Source: Octopus sinensis (lineage: Eukaryota). From it: DNA of 64,000 bases. Under the pieces are notes generated by a model that was not told the DNA's origin, made no database searches, and saw nothing but the letters and a program-made list of their open reading frames with translations. Location: positions 68,386,001 through 68,450,000 of the forward strand of contig NC_043001.1 of NCBI RefSeq assembly GCF_006345805.1, in the 5' to 3' direction. Shown one piece after another: positions 15,102-27,938 of this stretch. The translations under genes were made by a program, and so were the position numbers. Every line of letters begins with the position of its first letter. The first letter of the stretch is position 1.

Positions 15102-16389
15102 CGAGGGACGTTCAATAAGTAATGCCTCTGACCCACTTGCAGTTGTTTGATCTAGCTGAAATTTTGCATGTGCAATCATTTATATCTCTATAGAGTAAGT
15201 GACAAATTACAGCTCTGAATTAATTGTGGTTTCTGATTTACAGGTGTTTGAACCGAGTCAAGTGTGAAATGGAGCCTGTTGAGTGTCGAGCAGTGATCCG
15301 GTTTTTGTATTTGAAAGGACGCACACCACAGGAGACTTTTGATGAAATGAAAGTAACTTATGGTGCTGATGCCCCATCATATGACCTTGTAAAACGCTGG
15401 CATCGTGAATTCAAACATGGTCGGAACTCTATGGAAACAGCTCCCAGATCTGGTCGCCCCTTCTGCCATTGATGAGGCATCTGTCCGTCAAGTTGAGGCT
15501 GCCATTTTGGAAGATCGACGCATAATTATTCGCCAAATAGCCCATGAGGTCAAGATTAGTACCGGGTCTGTGGAAACTATCATTCATGACCATTTGCATA
15601 TGCAAAAGGTGTCTGCCAGATGGATTCCCAGGTTGCTCACGCCTTTCCAGAAGCAAGAACGCGTCGAGTGCTCGAGGGTGAATTTGGAGATGTGCCAAGA
15701 AGATGAGTAAAAATTTTTCAAAAGACTGATTACACAGGATGAAACCTGGGTCCATCTCGATGATTCAGAGACCAAAGCCCAGTCAATGCAGTGGAAGCAC
15801 CGTGACTCACCCCCTCTAAAGAAGGCAAGGGTGCAGCCCTCCTCTGGCAATGTCATGCTCACAGTCTTCTGGGACCAGGACGAAGTAGTGATGACAGATT
15901 TCCTGGAAAAGGGTACCACAATTGCAGGAGCCTATTATGCTTCACTTTTGAAGAAATTAAGAGAAGTTATCAAAATCAAGAGGCGGGGCAAGACCAGTAA
16001 AGGCATCCTCCTCCTGCAGGACAACGTCCCGGTCCACAACTCGCTTGTCGCCAGATCAGAAGCACAGGCGTATGGCTATGAACTCCTCCCCATCCCCTAC
16101 TTTCCTGACCTTGCACCCTCTGACTTTCACCTCTTCCCAGTCATGAAGTTGTTTTTGAAAGGAAAGCGTTTCCCAGATGATGCAGCCTTGATTTTTGAAG
16201 TCACGTTCAGGTTGGAGGACCAAGCTGGGGTCTTCTAAAAAAACGGTTTCCAGAGCTGCATCAAACAATGGGAGAAATGCATAACTCTGGGTGGTTCATA
16301 TGTAGAAAAAGACTAATAACTGTGCCAAGTTTCGTTGCTCTACTGTTATGGGAAGTGGGTCAGAGGCATTACTTATTGAACGCCCCTCG
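15102..16389 (+). mobile_element. Full-length mariner (DD34D, irritans-like) transposon, 1288 bp
   Basis: 37-bp TIRs CGAGGG(A/G)CGTTCAATAAGTAATGCCTCTGACCCACTT with one mismatch, and TA TSD at 15100-01 and 16390-91. The subfamily call comes from recalled WVPRLL and TIR patterns. Confidence 0.95.
15269..16316 (+). pseudogene. mariner transposase, disrupted
   Basis: MEPVECRAVIRFLYLKG..., WIPRLL, ITQDETWVH, LLQDNVPVH, PYFPDLAPSDFHLF. Frameshift near 15465, stop at 15708-10, further disruption near 16235. Confidence 0.92.
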
Positions 16390-16396
16390 TATAACA

Positions 16397-16502
16397 TAGA
16401 AATGGGAGTTAAAGCCCAAACCACGAAAAAGCTATTCTTATTTTGGCACGTGCCAAAATAAGAATAGCTTTTCCATGGTTTGGGATTTTACTCCAATTTC
16501 TA
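16397..16502. repeat. 106-bp loopless palindrome
   Basis: 53-bp arms centred on CAC|GTG (16449/16450). The central 46 bp are perfect, with 5 mismatches overall. Confidence 0.9.
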
Positions 16503-17015
16503 GAATGATGGAAAACCACTTAGTGGCTTTCTCTCAGTATATAACTCTTATACATACATAATATAATAGTATTTGCAGTCTTCGGACGTTTTTACTCACG
16601 CTGGCCACTGGTAACAAATTAATATTGAATTTTTACTTTATATTTAAAATTTAAATATATATGTGTGTGTATGTGTGTGTTTGCGCGCTCGCGTGTCCTG
16701 CATGCAATCGTGTGTACATACTTATATACATACGCAAATGTGTGTGCATACGTGTATACATTCTCTGTATATATAATACGACCTCTATTTCTTCCAGGTT
16801 CATGATCATGGAACAGGAACTCTTAGTCATGGTTACTTTGTATAATTGTACTCACACTTAAACACACATACATACCCATACATACAGAGATACACGCACA
16901 TATAAGCAAACGTGCTTACGTACACTTCACACGTATACATATACATTTACATACTCGATATGCCCTCAGATGAGTGCATATGAGTGATTATTGCTATATA
17001 AATGCATATATATAT

Positions 17016-17047
<32 letters not shown>

Positions 17048-17639
17048 AATATATATGTGTATAAGTATGTATGCGTGTATGTATGTATGTATGTATCTAT
17101 CTATCTATCTCTCTATATTAATGTGATGCGTCTATGTCTCACTCTTTCTCCGCTTTCTACATCACTACCTTGCTCTGACTCCCTCAATCTCTGTAAATGC
17201 ATGAATTTTTATCAGAAATAATCTGATAAGAATTTCTCCCTTTCTCCAACAAATGTATAGAACACAAAATAAACCGGGTTTTTTTGTAATAATAGTATTT
17301 AGGACTGACTGGCATGACAACGATAATAGGCACCAACATATAATTTACGTAAAGAAATATTCGGTCCTATCTTTTTTTCACTGCTGAATCAAAAGTCTTA
17401 CAGTTATTCATTTTCTACTTAAACTATACTAAACCAATATACATACATGCATACATTTATGCATGCATACATACATGCGTGCATGCGCGGATACGTACAT
17501 GCATATATATGTATATACATATATGTATATGTTTATATAAATCGGTATTCATTCATACACACACATTTATAGACAGGCATAAATATATATGTAGAAATAT
17601 ATATTCATATCCATCAGTTTAACTATCTTGCTATGTATC

Positions 17640-17697
17640 GATATGTATGTATGTCTCTATCTTTCTGTTTATGTATGTATGTATTTATGTATGTATG

Positions 17698-17766
<69 letters not shown>

Positions 17767-17770
17767 GTAT
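17640..17770. repeat. (TATG)n/(TATC)n microsatellite
   Basis: Direct observation. Confidence 0.95.
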
Positions 17771-18204
17771 TTATATATATGTGCGATTGTGTATGTATGT
17801 GCTTGTACACACACAGACAAGCACACACATATTGGCTTCCATTGTGTTCTCATGCACAAACAAAAATTGCTCAATGCACTTTTGTTTTAGAACTGTCTTA
17901 TTGTAAGTGAGCTTGGCATAGTTGGTTCATAGCCTCTTTTGTAACCGTACTCATCGGTGAGCCTGTCATAGTTGATAATCTATATTTACCGATGAGCACG
18001 ACTGACTAATCATCAACTATACGAAACCTTTATATATGAAGAAATAATAGGGCTACCTGACACATAACTATACACACACACACACACACAACACACACAC
18101 ACACACACACACACTCACACACATATATATATCTATGTATCTAACTATTTTCAACATATCTATATGTATATTTATATGCATATGTATATATATGTGTGTG
18201 TGTG

Positions 18205-18249
<45 letters not shown>

Positions 18250-18293
18250 GCATATTTACATACATATAGACATTTATATATATATATATATAT

Positions 18294-18431
18294 AGCATGC
18301 TTATCAACCACATGTTCCCGAGTTCAGTCCCACTGCGTGGCACCTTGGACAAGTGTCTTCTACTATAGCCTCGGGCCGACCAAAGCCTTGTGAGTGGATC
18401 TGGTAGACGGAAACTGTAAGAAGCCCTCGTA

Positions 18432-18489
<58 letters not shown>

Positions 18490-18939
18490 ATCCAAACAAG
18501 AAAGCACAAAAAAACACAACAACGCGAGGACGTGGAACAAATATAGTATTATCGGACACTCAGGAAAGAAGGAAAGAAGGAGGGTTTAACGTTTCGAGCT
18601 GAGCTCTTCGTCGGAAACATAGGAGAAGGAAAGATCCAGAGAAGGGAAGACAAGGAAAAAATCGCCAACGGTACACACGCGGTCACATTGTATATATGTA
18701 TATATGTGTGTGTGTGTGTGTGTATATGTTTGTATGTCTGTGTTTGTCCCCCCCACAACTTCTCTTGACAACCGATGGTGGTGTGTTTACGTCCCCGTAA
18801 CTTAGCGGTTCGGCACAAGAGGCCGATAGAATAAGTACTACGCTTACAAAGAGTAAGCCCTGGGATCGATTTGTTCGACTAAAGGCGGTGCTCCAGCATG
18901 GCCGCAGTTAAAGGACTGAAACAAGTAAAAGAGTAAAAC
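18294..18939 (+). mobile_element. SINE family B (tRNA-like B box, CORE-like GGCACCTTGGRCAAGTGTC, internal microsatellite), interrupted by a hammerhead module
   Basis: GAGTTCAGTCCCACTGCGTGGCACCTTGGACAAGTGTCTTCTACTATAGCCTCGGGCCGACCAAAGCC ... GGCGGTGCTCCAGCATGGCCGCAG...AAAAGAG. The same family occurs at 27729, 40185 and 45954. Confidence 0.85.
18487..18690 (-). mobile_element. About 200-bp Penelope-terminal-like module with a minimal hammerhead-like motif (18618-18584)
   Basis: Minus strand GTTT-CCGACGA-A-GAGC-TCA-GCTC-GAAA-C-GTT-AAAC. Homologous to 46117-46326 and 32418-32710; flanked by (TA)n. Confidence 0.65.
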
Positions 18940-19772
18940 GAGAGAATACATACGCACACACACACACACCACACACACACACACACACACTCACACATAT
19001 ATATATATATGATAGTGTTATATTTCGGGATGGTAATTTTTTTGCCAAATAAATAATCGCACTATATATTCGTTCTTGACTCGTTTATTATTGTTCTTAT
19101 TTGATCTTAATGTCCATTGTCTGGAAATCTTTCGTCACATATCTGTGACCTCTTCAGCGACCTTTTCTATCCACCTGTATTCTCCTGCTCCACTTAGTCC
19201 ATTCTCATGCTCTCACAAACACACACAAACGCACACACATGTATGTGTGTATATCAATTAGTGCAATAACTCCTGACATATGCATATCCACCCATTATCT
19301 ATTCTTTTATCTTCGATCGCATCGTTTAGCCGTATTTGTATGCGAAATCTCCTAACTTTCAGTGCTGACTCTAAATTCGATTGAAAGGAGAACAATACAT
19401 TGCTAACACAAAAGTAGGACACAATATTGTCTCAAAAGCCTTAGTATGATAGATAGTATATTAAGGTGGCAAAGCTATATCTGGTATGCCTACTAGCAAT
19501 TAATATGTCCATTCCAGCTGCCTGGAATGTGCTTAATATGTAAATTGCTCTATCCAATAGTGCTACAAGCTAAACCTAGTGAGTATTTAAGCAAGGTATT
19601 TGTGGATAGTTAATGAGTCGGGTGTGGTACTGCAGAGGGAGTAATAACATCTAAAATGTGCATATACATCGTTTACCTATTTCTGTCTTTGATCGCATTA
19701 TATACACTGACGTTTTCGTATAAGAAATGCACAAAATTTCATTGCTGGCTCTAAATTCTATAAAAAAATCTG

Positions 19773-19863
<91 letters not shown>

Positions 19864-19882
19864 ATATCTATATATATATAAA

Positions 19883-20083
19883 CAGAATCGTCAGCACGCC
19901 GGGTGAAATGCTCATTAGTATTTCGTCAGTAGTTACGTTCTGAGTTTAAATTTCGCCGAGGTCGACTTTACCTTTCATCCTTTCAGGGTCGATAAATTAA
20001 GTACCAGTTGCGTACCGCGGTCTATCTAATTGACTTCCTCCCACTCACCAATTTCAAACCTTGTACCTTTAGCAGAAAGGACT
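19883..20083 (+). mobile_element. SINE family A copy
   Basis: CAGAATCGTCAGCACGCCGGGTGAAATG...GTTCTGAGTTTAAATTTCGCCGAGGTCGACTTTACCTTTCATCC; follows (TA)n at 19770-19880. Confidence 0.85.
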
Positions 20084-20109
20084 ACTTATATGTGCAGGTT
20101 CCATCTATT

Positions 20110-22001
20110 CCCGGCAGTTTTAAGTGTATTTAAGCATATATTGTTGAAAGCAGTCTAGCAACACATTACAAAAGCAGAAAACATTGCTGTATAAAAGCAA
20201 GCATACAAAAGGAAAGCATACAAATTACAATAGTAATCATCTTTAATCATCTTTTTAACCAGAAAACTCTTCATCATCTTCTACACCAGAAAAGTCTTCA
20301 TCATCTTCAAAACAAGGAACATCTTCATCACTACTGCTGAAATCACTGTCTTCAAATAATGCATCATCTTCTGTGCCATCAAGGGCATTGCTAATGCCAC
20401 ACTTCTTAAAAGCCTTCACAATGATTTCAGGCCTAACATCATCCCAAGATTTTTTCACCCACTCACACACTTCAGCAATGGTGGGCCGCTTCATTCTTCC
20501 TGTGGGTGTGAGGGCATGATGTGGCTCTGCCATCTACTTGTTCCAATGTTCACTCATGTTCTGCTTAAATGGCTTATTCACAGACACATCTAAAGGCTGC
20601 AATTGGCTCGTCAGTCCACCAGGAATGACAGCTAAGTGCGTTTTCAATTCTCCCACCCCTTTTTAATGGCTTCAGTTCTATGTGCTCTAAACTGATCCCA
20701 AACCGGAAGAGGTTTTCTTAATAGTCCACCAGGACGCCTTGACCATATATTTTGTAACCACGGTTTCATTCCATTTTCGTCCATCTAGCCTTTTTCGTGA
20801 ACATGAACTAGTACACCTCTTGGAATTTTATCCTTAGGCTGAGTTTTTCTCTTAAATATCAAAAGAGGTGGCAGTTTTATGCCATCAGCACAACAGGCCA
20901 GAGCTACTGTATAGTGGGTCTTTTCGTGGCCAGTGGTTTTTATCGAAACCGTTTTAGACCCTTTGACACTCACAGTCCTGTTGGATGGTACATCAAATGT
21001 GAGTGGAACTTCGTCTATATTCCCTATTTGGCCCAGTTCAAAACAAGTTTTCTTTCTTGCATTTATGCAAATCTAATATTTTTTCTTCATAATCAGCAGG
21101 CATTTTTTGTGCAATGGATGTTTATGTACGCATTGATAAACCTTTCCGTTTCATAAACCTGTAACACCAACCTTTTGTTCCTGCAAAGTTCTGTATCCCT
21201 CGTTGTTCTGCTACTCTCATGGCCTCATGAATTATCATTTTGGTAGATACACTTCTCCCTGAGTTTCTCTCATCAAGCACCCACGTTTTTATATCATCCT
21301 CAAGTTCTGGCCAATGTGGGGCTGGGCAACGAAGGTTATGTTTACTTTTCTGTGCTCTCACCAGCTGCTCTTCTTGCTGTCGCCAGACACGTACCATTTT
21401 TTTCTGTAGGTGGTGGCCCAAAAACCCTTGCTGCTGCTCTATTTCCATGCTCCTTGGCATAATCTACCACTCGTAGTTTGTAGGAGATTTTGTAGCTTGA
21501 TCTTTTTGCTGCCATAGCCGTGAGGGTGCTTGTACTGTTGTAGTGTGTTTTGTTATGATCATAAACTTTGTTGTACCAAGATATCCAACCTACCTCCGTA
21601 TATACACGAACTCGCAACGATCATGTGCATTCCGTAGTTTTACTCCTCACCGTCAGATGGCATCGAGTTAGGGTTCCGATCAGCTGATATTAGTAAACGT
21701 GTGTCATGGATCGCAGCCTAACAATTTACGGTAGATTGCTTTGATTTTTACGATAATTCGTATTTTAAAGTAATAATACTGGTAATAATAATAATACTAG
21801 CAATAAAATAATGATGCATGAGTACGGAAAATATCATTAAGGCGTTAGCGTAGGTAGAAATACTTATCGTAAGCTAGGTTAGTGAGCGTCTGGGAGAAGA
21901 TTAGCCTACGGGAGGGTCTTGACTTCGCATATTAGACGCAGGGCGATTTTTTGAGCCAAATTTTTTGGGAAAAAGTGCGTCCTATATGCCGTCAAATACG
22001 G
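20110..22001 (-). mobile_element. pogo/Tigger-family DNA transposon (POGK-like), one TIR
   Basis: Minus-strand end TA-CCGTATTTGACGGCATATAGGACGCAC at 22001. No matching TIR was found at the other end; transposase remnants lie inside. Confidence 0.85.
20255..21515 (-). pseudogene. pogo transposase (Brinker-like DBD + CENP-B/Tc5 HTH + DDE_1), disrupted
   Basis: MAAKRSSYKISYKLRVVDYAKEHGNRAAARVF, WPELED, GWCYRFMKRKGLSMRT, KTTGHEKTHYTVALACCADGIKLPPLLIFKRK, QLQPLDVSVNKPFK, AFKKCGISNALDGTEDD with an acidic tail. Several frameshifts. Confidence 0.9.
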
Positions 22002-22316
22002 TATATGTATAAATTAAATTAGAGATAAAATCACTAATAGGCAAATCAAACAGTGAAAAACCAAAAACAAAAACATAAAAATAAAAATATAATATATAAA
22101 ATATATAAAATATAAAATTGAAAAATTAAAATTATTTAAATTAAAAAAAAAATTATTAAATTATATTTATAATTTGTTTAAAAATATATATAACTATCAA
22201 AAAGTATTAAAAACTTTAATATACATAAATACAGATATATACACTTTGTATATATACATTATAATACGTATTTATATATAGAACACACACACACATATAT
22301 AAATGAACGCATTGAG

Positions 22317-22576
22317 GTAACAGAGAATTCATAAAAACCCGCTCCTTTAAATTTTAATCCCCTTCCAGCCCCATTTAGACCCCTTTTTACATTTGGTTAA
22401 TATAACCCGATTTCATTCGGGGTACTGGGGCCACATTTTAAAGATGAGGAATTTTGTCCTAGAGGTCACGCGTTTCATTTGAGGAAAAAAAAATAGTTGT
22501 CATGCAAACTTGCCAGCACTTTTAACATAGGTCTGCATATTTTCAGCTCAACCGACCGACCACATAATGCACACAT

Positions 22577-22632
<56 letters not shown>

Positions 22633-22991
22633 GTGTGTGTGTGTTGGAGTGTCTCTCATACGTGAGCGTTGACGCTGAATTCGACTGGTAAGCAGGTAAA
22701 CTTGTCTTTGTTGAAATAGTTGTGAGCTGCTGAAGTTATTTCTCTGACGGGTAATAGGAATTTCCATATCCTCCGAGGAAACGAACTGTTGACCCAGACA
22801 ATTAGGATTAATTTTAATAAAAGCATCAATTTAAGAAAAAATATTAAAGTAGTAAAAAATGAAAATTTAGCACGAAAAATTTGCAAGGTTCTAAATAAAT
22901 GTTAAAATGTAATAGATACGAAAAACCTACGTTATCACCAGAACACGAACGCACGTTGGTGTGTTCTGTTTGTATTTGCTCGATCGGCGCG

Positions 22992-23058
<67 letters not shown>

Positions 23059-23408
23059 TGTGTGTGTGTGAAAGCGCTGTGAGGAAATAGAGTGAGTGAA
23101 AAAGTGATGGGAAGAGAGGAAAGAACGCCGTTTCACGAAGTTATAAATAGAAAGTGAAAGGGAGTTAGAGGGGAACGGCGTGAGTGAGTGAGGAAGACGG
23201 ATACATTAAAGAACCGGAGTGGACTTGTCAAAGTGGGTTTTTGGCCCCTAGCAACGACACCTTTTAAGATATGGATTTCTAAGGTAGCCCACGGGCAACG
23301 TCACCTCATTTTACATGTCCCTGTAAATTTTGGAGTGAATCGGACGGGATGTAGTGACATTGAAAGCGATCCAAGCAGTAAAAACGCATTTCAGTTTTAT
23401 ATATAGAG
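22317..23408 (+). mobile_element. Non-autonomous Helentron/DINE-1-like repeat, copy 1 (5'-truncated)
   Basis: Shares about 620 bp plus its 3' end with 24308-25392. It has internal (TA), (GATA) and (GA) microsatellites and the 3' motif TGTAAATTTTGGAGTGAATCGG...TTTTATATATAGA. The class is inferred from architecture. Confidence 0.55.
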
Positions 23409-24560
23409 ACTAGTTGAAGGTAACCCGCTCTACGCGCGGGTAAGACTGTGGTTGTTACTTTCTGTTGCTTCATTTCAGCACGTAAAAAGCACCATCCGAA
23501 CTTGGCGGATTGCAGCGCCACCTTGACTGGCTTCTGTGCTGGTGGCACGTAAAAAGCACCAACCGATCGTGGCCGCTGCCAGCTCCCCTGGCACCTGTGC
23601 CGGCGGCACGAAAAAAGCACCCACTACGCTCACAGAGTGGTTGGCGTTAGGAAGGGCATCCACCTGTAGAAACACTGCCAGATCAGACTGGAGCCTGGTG
23701 CAGCCTCCTGGCTTCCCAGACCCCGGAAAACGGACGTTAAACGATGATGATGATGATGATGATTCTCCCTCCTTTCTCTCTCACTTTCCCACTCTGTTAC
23801 TCTTCCTTTCTCTCGGACTCTCCCTCGCTTTCTCTTACTCTCTATCTTTATCTCTCTCTCTCTCTCTCCCATTTATAAACAACAAAAGATCTTGAGTAAG
23901 TTGAGAAGTAAAATATTTAGAAAGATAAATCATAAATATCAGGCAGTAACAACGGAAAGGTCTGCTTCAAGGCAGACAACAAAACACTAACATTTAAAAG
24001 GGACAGGCGAACTTGCGAGCTGAATAAAAGTAATAAAATATTGGAAACCAAAGTTTGAAGGGATAGAATTTGAGGATAGTAGAGTCACCATGGCTGGCAT
24101 TTCGTAACGACGGACAGCAACGTTTCGACAGTTTAACGGCTGGCGTAAAATTTTGAACTTGATGTAAAAGAAAATCCCTAAACACCAAGTTTTGAATTGA
24201 TTCTTTCTCACGACAGTAGACTCACCATGGCAATCATTCAAAACTTCTTCATCATGGATGGCAACACATTGACGATTAAAAAGCTGGCGCAAATTTTTTA
24301 GCTTGATGTAACAGAGAATTGCTAAACACCCGCTCCTTTAAATTTTAATCCCCTTCCAGTCCCATTTAGACCCTTTTCACATTTTGGTTAATATAACCCG
24401 ATTTCATTCGGTTCTACTGGAGCCACATTTTTTAAGATGAGGAATTTTGTCCTAGAGGTGACGCCTTTCATTTGAGGAAAATAGTTGTCATGCAAACTTG
24501 CCAGCACTTTTAACATAGGTGTGCATATTTTCAGCTCAACCGACCACATAATGCACACAT

Positions 24561-24621
<61 letters not shown>

Positions 24622-25385
24622 TTGTGTGTTGGAATCTCTCTCATATGTGAGCGTTGACGCTGAATTCGACTGGTAAGCAGGTAAACTTGTCTTTTTTGAA
24701 ATAGTTGTGAGCTGCTGAAGTTATTTCTCTGACGGGTAATAAGAATTTCCATATCCTCCGAGGAAACGAACTGTTGACCCAGACAATTAGAATTAATTTT
24801 AATAAAAGCATCAATTTAAGAAAAAATAATAAAGTAGTAAAAAATGAAAATTTAGCACGAAAAATTTGCAGGGTTCTAAATAAATGTTAAAATGTAATAG
24901 TTACGAAAAACCTACGTTATCACCAGAACACGAACGCTCGTTGGTGTGTTCTGTTTGTATTTGCTCGGTCGGCGCGTTGACTGGTAGACAATAGAATGCG
25001 ATGGCTTTGGCGATGGAATATTTGTTTCTCTCTATGAATGCAGACAGATACATAAGTGAAATTTATGAGAAGGTAAGACATAGAGTGAGTGAAATTGTGC
25101 TGGGAAGAGAGAAAATAGCGAGAGTGAGTTGAGGAAGACAGATACATTAAATAACATGAGTGGAATTGTCAAAGTTATATATGAAGGGGAGTTAGAAGGG
25201 AATGGAGGAAATAGCGTGAGTGAGGAAGATTGCCCCTAGCAACCTCACCTTTTAAGATAGGGATTTGTAAGGTAGCCCACGGGCATCGTCACCTCATTTT
25301 ACATGTTCCTGTAAATTTTGGAGTGAATCGAACGGGATGTAGTGGCATTGAAAGCGATCCAGGCGGTAAAAACGCATTTCAGTTT

Positions 25386-25392
<7 letters not shown>
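23409..25392 (+). mobile_element. Non-autonomous Helentron/DINE-1-like repeat, copy 2 (head-to-tail with copy 1)
   Basis: Starts ACTAG...ACCCGC-TCTACGC-GCGGGT (short hairpin), contains a SINE insertion, and ends CAGTTTTATATA like copy 1. Confidence 0.55.
23477..23762 (+). mobile_element. SINE family C fragment (three GCACGTAAAAAGCACC subunits, GGAAGGGCATCC block, (GAT)n tail)
   Basis: Internal tandem subunits of about 55 bp and the tail GTTAAACGATGATGATGAT. An RTE/Ceph-type affinity is from recall only. Confidence 0.65.
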
Positions 25393-25417
<25 letters not shown>

Positions 25418-25989
25418 CATATATGTATCTATATATATTATAAACTAATTTTTAAACAGGACGGCTATCGAACCGACAATAACTTGAATAAAACCCAACT
25501 TATATGACACAAATATACTATATTAAGAACAATAAGCAAGATAAAAAGGTATATACATTAACGATGCCCCGTTTCTTGGAATAAAAGTTTGGGAAGTACG
25601 GATCGGGTATAGTTTAACGTGTAGTTTGTAAGTCAATTTCAGATCTAACTCCGTTGGCGCTTCAGATTTTCCCCGTTTCATTCGTTCAATTTAATTCACA
25701 ATTCTCTACGCAGAAAGAAATATAACAACGACGACGACAACGATGGTGATGCTGATGATAATGACGTCGATGATAATATAAACAACAGTAATATTAGCGA
25801 CGATAATGGAACGTTAAGATTCTTATTTTTCTCCAGAATATGCTTTATTTTCTTTATTAGAATTTCATACGTTAAATTAAGTACACACACAACACACACA
25901 CACTTGTGTGTGTATGTATGTAAAAGTATGCATGCATCCATGTACGTATGTATGTATCTCTCTATCTATCAATGTATATGTTTATACAT

Positions 25990-26021
<32 letters not shown>

Positions 26022-26327
26022 TATGTATATGTGTGTGTGTATTTATATGTGCATCTCTCTCTGTTTACACACACACGTACACACACTCACAAAAACGAAC
26101 GGCAACATATGTAGGTGCGTATATATATATATATATATCATATCCATTTTTATACGCCTATATACTTCAAACATTTTATATATTGTACATGCATTTTATG
26201 AATTGCACATGCAATTTTAAGATTATAAATGCAATTCTTATCCTTAAGATTTAAATTAATTTTATACACTCAGTTTATGCAATTCAGCAATATACTATAT
26301 TTCTTCACTGTGTGATTGTTCACTTCA

Positions 26328-26423
26328 ATTCTTTCTTTCTTTCTTTCTTTCTGTCTTTCTTTCTTTCTTTCTTTCTGTATGTCTGCCTCCCAGTCTGTTG
26401 CCTGGCTGCCTGTTGTCTGTCTG

Positions 26424-26457
<34 letters not shown>

Positions 26458-26580
26458 ATCTATCTATCTATCTATCTATCTATCCATCCATCCATCCATC
26501 CATCCATCCATCCATCCATCCATCCATCCATCCATCCAGCCAGCCAGCCATCCATCCATCCATCCATCCATCCATCCATC

Positions 26581-26657
<77 letters not shown>
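26328..26657. repeat. Compound tetranucleotide microsatellite (CTTT)-(CTGT)-(TATC)-(CATC)-(CAGC)-(CATC)-(TATC)
   Basis: Direct observation. Confidence 0.95.
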
Positions 26658-26658
<1 letters not shown>

Positions 26659-26842
26659 TTACCACACATTCTTTACTACATTGTCCCTTTATTCTTTGTT
26701 TCTTTCAAATCAACCCATTATAATATTTAAGCATTTTAGGCTTAAACGAAGGACAAGAAAATATAGTGTAGGTGGTATACTCTGTCCTACAGGGAAGAAA
26801 TATGCTTACACCAGACTGCTTTAATATAATTTTCATGTGCAT

Positions 26843-26873
<31 letters not shown>

Positions 26874-27284
26874 GACACACACGCACATAAAGACACACAA
26901 TACACATATACTTGTACATGTATGTATACAGGCACATTATATTTAAAGCAGTTTGTTGTAAGTATATTTCTTCTCTCTATATATATCTGTCTATGTGACC
27001 TCTATATATATATATCTCTCTCTCTGCACACACACACATAGAGCAATGCATTCCGGCATTGTCCGGGTGTTATGACCTACAGACATATTGCATTAATTGT
27101 TCCTTTCTTATGGCCACAATCAGCACAGCTGATATATAGTGAACTGAGCGTAATGGAAGGTATTGTTTGTTTAAAATCGAAGGGGCGGGTACAGTTTGCA
27201 TGGGTTTATATGAAAGTGCTTTCTTCTCTGAAAAAAGGATCACAAACTAAGTATTGTTTCATCGTATAAAAGAGGGTTGCACAG

Positions 27285-27902
27285 AAATCACATTTTCAAA
27301 ATTTTGAATTCTCCCCGTACCCATTGCAATTTTTTAATTTGTAACTTTTTCGAATTTTTTCTTTATCTACGTAGAAAAATACTTCTTCAAGAAACACCCA
27401 ATAACCCTTCCTCCACCTCTCCCACCCATCATCTACCCGCTTTCAAAAAGCTAAAACCTCCCAATGTTTTACACTCGTTTGATGCTTGACGCATGCGTAG
27501 AATTCTACTGAAATAGCAGGCATAAAACATATTAGAGCACTACCAGAAAACCCGACATGCTAGAAACAACAGGTAAACGACATTATTTCTGAAGAAACTT
27601 CCCCGTTTTCCAAAATGCTAAAAGTGAAACTTTGGGCGTTCGTAGCTTTTTGAAAGTGATGAGGTGATGGATGGATGTTTGGGAAGGAGATTTTAGTGTT
27701 TCTTTAAGAAAAAAGAAAAGAAAATTCTGGCTGTGTGTCAAGTGGCTTGCTTGCGAACCACACGGTTCCGGGTTCAATCCCACTGCGTGGCACCTTGAGC
27801 AACTATCTTCTACTATAGCCTCAGGCCGACCAAAGCCTTGTGAGTGGATTTCGTGAGTGGAAACTGAAAGAAGCCCGTCGTATATATATATAATATAATA
27901 TA

Positions 27903-27938
<36 letters not shown>

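Noticed and set aside
17950-18000. 11-bp inverted repeat CTCATCGGT.A
   Set aside because: Too short to be significant in 64 kb.
26328-26657. Mirror-like order of tetranucleotide blocks
   Set aside because: Explained by stepwise point mutation and slippage within one (TATC)n array; a similar pattern occurs at 41925.
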